From: the human T2T-CHM13v2.0 reference genome, Homo sapiens | DNA: 64,000 nucleotides | Assembly (NCBI RefSeq): GCF_009914755.1 | Contig: NC_060943.1 | Reading direction: 5' to 3' (one strand) | Part shown: positions 26,285 to 64,000 of the stretch, piece after piece | Numbering within the stretch: the first letter of the stretch is position 1 | Layout of the letters: each line of letters opens with the position of its first letter | Notes under the pieces: generated by a model | Seen by the model: only the letters and a program-made list of their open reading frames with translations | The model's database searches: none | What the model was told of the DNA's origin: nothing | Translations under genes and position numbers: made by a program

Positions 26285-27577
26285 TAAAAATACAAAAATT
26301 AGCCGGGCGAGGTGGCAGGTGCCTGTAATCCCAGCTACTCCGGAGGTGGCACGATCTCAGCTCACTGCAACCTCCGCCTACCAGGCTCAAGTGATCTTCC
26401 TGCCTTAGCCTCCCGAGTAGCTGGGATTACAGGTGCCCAGCACCACACCCAGTTAATTTTTGTATTTTTAGTGGAGAGGGGGTTTCGCCATGTTGCCCAC
26501 GCTGCTCTTGAACTCCTGACCTCAAGTGATCCACCCGCCTCAGCCTCCCAAAGTACTGGGATTACAGGCATGCGCCACTGTGCCCGTCCTGAAGGTCATA
26601 GACATTGAGAGAAGGGTGAACCAGCCTCATACTGGAAGGGCTGCAAAGTGGCTCAGCTGGTGGACCCTAGATCCGGTGACTTGGGGCTCAAAGCCTCCTT
26701 CTATTCTCCTTGGTGTATGACTCAGTTTTTCCATCTGTAAAATGGGTACAATCCTCATTATGCTGGTGTTGGCGTGAGGATTAATGAGACGATGTCGGGC
26801 ATATAACACACTCAGAAATTGTCATCTATGAGTCTGATCCCTGAAGTGCACACACAGGTAGAATTTTGCAGATGATTTTATGGGGTTTCACATACTCCCC
26901 CAAACCAAATCCTGAACTCCTGACCTATAAACCCTCTAAGTCATCCCCACCCCCAGCTTAATAACCAGGCTCTGTCTAATGAGTTAGGAGGTGTAAGAGC
27001 CCAAAGAGCTCCAGGTGTGGGAGGAGGCGGGAGGCTGGAGGGGGGCTCGGGGAGGGGCTGCCCCATGCACACAGGGCAGCCAGTGTGTCTGAGGCTGCCT
27101 AGGCCGTAGGAACAGGCCCCCAGGGGCAGGTGGGATCTTGATTCCAGCCTGCAGTGTGTGGGTGGGGCAGTCTAGACCAGCCAGGCTTTCCAGTCCGCCC
27201 AGTGTGGGGGTTGGGCCAGTGGAGGCCCCTGGAGGCAGGGACAGGAGCACTTGACCTGCACCAACACCTCTGGACCTGGACGGCCCCCCACCCATCCTTC
27301 CCAAACTGCAGCCCCCTCCCGGGATGGGAAGCTGAACCCGTGTATCCACCCCACATCTCCCCGGATTGTGTGTGAGCATGCTGCATTTGCTGCCTTTGCT
27401 GGGTTTGTCCTTGGGGTCCACGGAGGTCATGGGAACCATCCCAGGAAAAGCAAACCCACGTGTGAGCCGGCAGGACACGCCAAGCTCACAGAGGGGCAGG
27501 TTATGGCAGAAGCACCCTTTCCTGCTGGAAATGCTTCCCCGGGCCAGGAACCCCAGGTCTCCAGATGGGGAAACTGA

Positions 27578-28756
<1,179 letters not shown>

Positions 28757-28945
28757 TGATGCACCTGCCTCAGCCTCCCAAAGTGCTGGGATTACAGGAG
28801 TGAGCCACTGTGCCCGGCCTGTATGTTATCTTTTTACGTATCACTTTCTGAGTGCATTTGTGTGCATGAAGCTGACATTTACATTTGTGTGAATTTGTGA
28901 ATATTTGTGTGAGTCTGTGAGCACTTATTCCTGTTCACAAGGTGA

Positions 28946-29390
<445 letters not shown>

Positions 29391-29392
29391 TA

Positions 29393-29611
<219 letters not shown>

Positions 29612-29614
29612 TCA

Positions 29615-30063
<449 letters not shown>

Positions 30064-30797
30064 TTACAAATAAACACACAATTGCACTCATGTACACAAA
30101 TATTTGTACTCAACGCGTTCACACACACTTCCATACTTACAGACACAATCAGATTCATACACAGAAATACATTTGCTTACACAGATATGAATTCCTAGAT
30201 AAATATGCACATTTGAACTCTCACAAAAGCATTCAGACACAGGCATTCTTTTTTTTTTTTTTAATGTGACGGAGTCTCACTCTGTCGCCCATGCTGGAGT
30301 ACAGTGGTGCAATCCTAGCTTGCTGCAACCTCTGCCTCCTGGGTTCAAGCGATTCTCCTGCCTCAGCCTCCCAAGTAGCTGCAATTATAGGTGTGGGCAA
30401 CCACGCCCGGCTAACTTTTGTATTTTTAGTAGAGATGGGGTTTCACCATGTTGGCCAGGCTGGTTTTGAACTCCTGACCTCAGGTGATCCACCCGCCTCA
30501 GCCTCCCAAAGCACTGGGATTACAGGCATGAGCCACTGCACCCAGCAGAAACAGGCATTCTTGCACAGGTATACCTGCTTTCATGCCTACACAATCTGTC
30601 ACAGGCACCCACCATATATTCAAATCCACAAAGATACTCACATATAAACACACATATATGCACAAAAATATAGTCAGGAACTGCTCATCATAAATCACAC
30701 ATCTGCTGGGCGCGGTGCCTCAAGCCTGTAATCCCAGCACTTCAGGAGGCCGAGTTGGGCGGATCACGAGGTCAGGAGATCGAGACCATCCTGGCTA

Positions 30798-31003
<206 letters not shown>

Positions 31004-31623
31004 TCAATCAATCACACATCCATGTGCATATAGCCAGATTCACATACTCAAATACAAACCCACTTAGACACACAGCCTCACCTCCACACAGAGCCTTCTC
31101 CCAGCACACACTGCAGATACCAGAATAATACACAAAGACACTTGCAAATACACCCAGTACAGCTACGCAAGGACACTCATAGACACAAATAGTCACACTC
31201 TTGCAGAAATATACACACTTTTTTTTTTTTTTTGAGACAGGGTCTCACTCTGTTGGCCAAGCTGGAGTGCAGTGGCACTATCTCAGCTTCTGCCTCCCTG
31301 GTTCAAGCTATTCTCCCGCCTCAGCCTCCCGAGTACTTGGGATTACAGGCATGCACCATTATGCCCGGCTAATTTTTAAAAATTTTATTTTTAGTAGAGA
31401 CGGGGTTTTGCTATGTTGGCCAGGCTACTCTTGAACTCCTGGCCTCAAGTGATCTGCCCGCCTTGGCCTCCCAAAGTGCTGGGATTACACTCGTGGCCAC
31501 CGCTCTCGGCCTGAAATACACACACTCTCAATGTCTCTCCATACTCCTGCATTGACAGAGGCATCAATAACAGCCTCATACAACACACCAGTACGTTCAG
31601 ATGCACAGAGATAGACATACTCA

Positions 31624-31991
<368 letters not shown>

Positions 31992-32583
31992 TCAGGATAC
32001 AGACATCTATATAATACATATCCTTGTACACACAACAAATTAAACACACACTTACACGTGCCCAGATACATACCCCACACACACACACCCCTAGACACCC
32101 CCCAATACACTTGGTCACCACCCAAATGTATTCAGAGATACACAGATACGAAGACACTCATATTCTTGTGCCTTCACTAACATAATCAGAAACAGGTGCA
32201 CCCAACCACTCTCTGCCTGAGGGCCGGCGTTTATTGCAAGCACTTGCAGGAGCTCCTACGCCTAAGGGTAGACACTGGGGCTGGCACACACAGAGGGTCC
32301 CTAATCCTTTCCAGTAAGCTAGGCGCGCGCGCACACACTCACACACGCGCGCGCGCACACATACACACTCAGTCCTCCGCAAGCTCCCTCCACCATCGCC
32401 GCAGTCCAGGCCGCCCCCCTCCGCCCCGCCCCTGCTGCTCCGTGCACACTGCAGTGAGGGGCCCGGGCGGGGCGCAGGGGCGCGCCAGGGTCCGGGTCCG
32501 GGTTCGGGGGCGGGGCGCACCTGGGCTCCTCCCCGGGGCGGGCCCGACGCAGCGTCGCCAGCGCAAGCGGCCGCACCTGGCTC

Positions 32584-32587
<4 letters not shown>

Positions 32588-32615
<28 letters not shown>

Positions 32616-32626
32616 TAGCAGCAGCG
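32588..32626 (+). repeat. Interrupted (GGC)n repeat at the CAMSAP3 5' end
   Basis: GC(GGC)6 AGC GGC GGT (AGC)3. Confidence 0.9.
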
Positions 32627-32709
32627 GGCCCGGCTGGGGCGCGAGCGCGGCGCAGCCCAGCCCAGCCCAGTCCGAGCGCGGACCCGGCGCCCGCAGCCCC
32701 GGCGCCGCC

Positions 32710-54940
<22,231 letters not shown>

Positions 54941-55166
54941 CCCCACCCGGGCGGTCCACGGGCCGGGCCCTGTGTGCTGCGGCCGCCATCCCCTGGAGGA
55001 CAGTCAGTCGGTATTCCTGGGTCCTGTCTGTCCCCAACCGTGTCTGGGTGGGGCTGGAGTCTCCACCCTCTGACTTTGAGTCCAGTCCTGCTGTGGGGGC
55101 TGAGCTGGGAGGTTCAGGGACTCAGGGCTCAGCTCAGTCCCCTTGTCTGTCCTCCCCCACTTCTTG

Positions 55167-55172
55167 AATAAA
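55167..55172 (+). terminator. CAMSAP3: CAMSAP3 polyadenylation signal AATAAA
   Basis: AATAAA 226 nt after the stop codon, with GT/T-rich sequence downstream (~55240). Confidence 0.85.
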
Positions 55173-56424
55173 ATAATTTAAAGAGAAGTTGAACCTTGTC
55201 CCCCCCTCCGAGGCTGGCCGGGGTCCCACACTCCCTGGCTGTGTTTTTAGTCTCCTGTTCTTTCTCAAACCAACTCCTGTCTTCAACCCCCATAATCCCC
55301 TAATGCAGCTTCAGCCAGGGCACTCCCAGCCCCCAGCCAGGGCTGTTTCGAAGCTGCCTCTGAACTGATCTCTCAGGCTCGAGGTGTCCCACTGGCCCTT
55401 CCTGTGGCCTTGGCCACCCCCGCTTGCTGGATTCTCCTGGTCTGTGTGGCTGTTGTTACTGGCCCTAACCAGCGTTTGGCATGGGGCCAACTTCTAACTT
55501 GATCTTGTCTCCCCTGGCCAGCCTGGTGTTTCCAGGCCTGGCATCTACCTCTGGGCCAGTGATTCCAGGTTTCTCTGAGATCTGTGTTTGACAATCCAGT
55601 TGCCCCCTGCCATTGCCTGGGTGTCTCTCTCAGATGCAAGGCCTGCCCTGCAACCCAGGCTGGCACTGGCTTCCCAGCTGCCGCCCAGTTCTACACAGCT
55701 CAGCCCTCCCCTCCTGTCTCACTCGCTTCTCTCCAGCCCTGTCACCTCCCTGCAAAGTCCAAGCCAATGGCCTGGGCCTCCCCATGTCCCCAGCTGCCTC
55801 CTGCCCACACAGCAGCCTGTGTGACCCGTTCGAAGCACAAATCTGATTATATCCCTTGATACTTAAAACCCCTTAATAGCCTACAGCCCGCTAATGGCTT
55901 CCCAGGCTTAGGACTAAGGACCACGCCCTGGTCCTGGGCCGTGCACAAGGTCTGGCGCCTGGCCCCCGTCCAGGCACAGAAACGCGTTACTAATCAGTTC
56001 CCAGAGCTGGGCCAGAGCCTGCCTGACTCCAAGACTTGAGGGCAAGGGCCAGTCCCTAGTGGGGAACAGACAGTGGGTGCCACCCCAGGGAGGCGGCAGC
56101 TGCCTGGGGCCACAGAAGGGCTCTGAGAGGCAGGGGCTGGCGAGACCTGGGCAGCCAGGGGCTGGATTGCCCTTCCCAGGCTACAGAGGCTCAAGGAAGT
56201 TTCCGGGCAGGACCCACTCCAAGGCCCCAGGCAGCAGAGGGACTGGCCTCTCGAGTCCAGAACTGGCTCTGCGGGGTGAGGCCGGGCAGTATCTGGCCTG
56301 GGGCCCAGCCGCCCCACCTCCCACAGCAGCCAATCCCGGCCCAGGGCCAGGCACTCCTGAGCTGTACTCCCTCGGGCACCTGGGCAGCAGGAAGGAGGCT
56401 CAGACCATGATGTACAAACGTAGC

Positions 56425-56430
56425 TGTATT
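56425..56430 (-). terminator. XAB2: Probable XAB2 poly(A) signal, variant AATACA
   Basis: Plus-strand tgtatt reads AATACA on the minus strand, 38 nt after the stop; no AATAAA seen nearby. Confidence 0.65.
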
Positions 56431-56468
56431 GGGGAGGGGGTGGGGAGGGGGGATGGGGGAGGGACGGG

Positions 56469-63153
<6,685 letters not shown>

Positions 63154-63283
63154 CTGGGGACCGAGCCACCCCTCAGGCAGTCAGTGGGGTGGCAGGGCTA
63201 CGCCCACCTCCCGATTCAGTGGCTTCGGGGCGTCCCCCCCCACCCATTTATGAGTGTCTTGGGCAAAAGCAAGCCCTGTCAAA

Positions 63284-63683
63284 CCAGCCTCAGCCCCACT
63301 GGTCCAGCCCGGTTCCTACTGGTCTAGCCTTGGCCCCACTGGGTTAGGCTCAACCCCCTGTGGGTCCTGCCTTGGCTCCACTGGTCCAGCCTCAGTCCTG
63401 ACTAGACCAGCTGTGGACTTTTTGGGTTAGCCTTGACCCGCAAGGGCACAGCCTTGACTGCGGTGGTCCAGTCTCAGCCCCAATGGTCCAGCCTTGGTCC
63501 TTTTGGGTTAGAATTGACCCCCAACCCACAATGGGTCCAGCCTTGGCTCCACTAGTCCAGCCTCAGTCCTGACTGGTCTAGCCTTGGCCCCTTTGGGTCA
63601 GCCTTGATCCCATGGGTCCAGCCTTGACTATAGTGTCCAGCCTGGGCCCCACGGGTCCAGCCTCAGTCCTGACTGGTCCAGCT
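63284..63683. repeat. Degenerate ~20-bp minisatellite in XAB2 intron 4
   Basis: Recurring ctggtccagccttggccccac / ggtccagcctcagtcctgac units. Confidence 0.85.
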
Positions 63684-64000
63684 TAGAATCCAAACGTCAT
63701 AAAACAGATACTTTAAGTTTGAGCAAACCATGCCCCACTCCCGCCCGGCTGGTGCTTCCACTCTCCACCCTGCCTGCTTCTCCCCACCCTTATTCCTGGC
63801 CCTCTTCATGGCTGTGGTTTTACTCTAGTTCATGCCATCAGCTCATATGCATCTGTCTTCCTAGTTAGACTAAAAGCTCCGTGCAGGCAGGGAGTGTCTT
63901 AGTCACACTGTCCTCAGCACCCATCGCTATGCCTAATGTGAAACCAGTGTGAACAAACTATTTGGAAAATAAAGACATGAATCACGGACAACAACAAAAC

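Overview
Human (primate) genomic DNA that I recognise as the CAMSAP3-XAB2 locus (19p13.2). Bases 1-32,200 are gene-free and extremely Alu-dense, with L1, LTR and DNA-transposon relics and one strong CTCF motif. A CpG island at ~32.3-33.7 kb starts CAMSAP3 (+ strand). All 19 coding exons were traced by GT-AG boundaries and phase: 17 constitutive exons give 1249 aa, and two cassette exons (33 + 48 nt) extend this to 1276 aa. Intron 17 holds the tailed mirtron MIR6792. XAB2/SYF1 (- strand) converges tail-to-tail; its last 15 coding exons (681 aa + stop) are in the window and its 5' exons lie beyond it. Most entries in the ORF track are Alu or low-complexity artefacts. I found no new protein-coding system. 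The best unexplained signals are: (1) a swapped-TSD signature of an Alu-Alu micro-inversion in CAMSAP3 intron 13; (2) four short, non-tandem local duplications 1-2.4 kb apart, three of them between different introns of the same gene; (3) a ~2-kb sense-strand YCAY array and a (UG)24 tract next to the exon 2 branch point; (4) a solo ERV1 LTR carrying RFX and octamer motifs upstream of a cilia-related gene. Repeat family names and MIR6792 are from memory and were not checked against a database.
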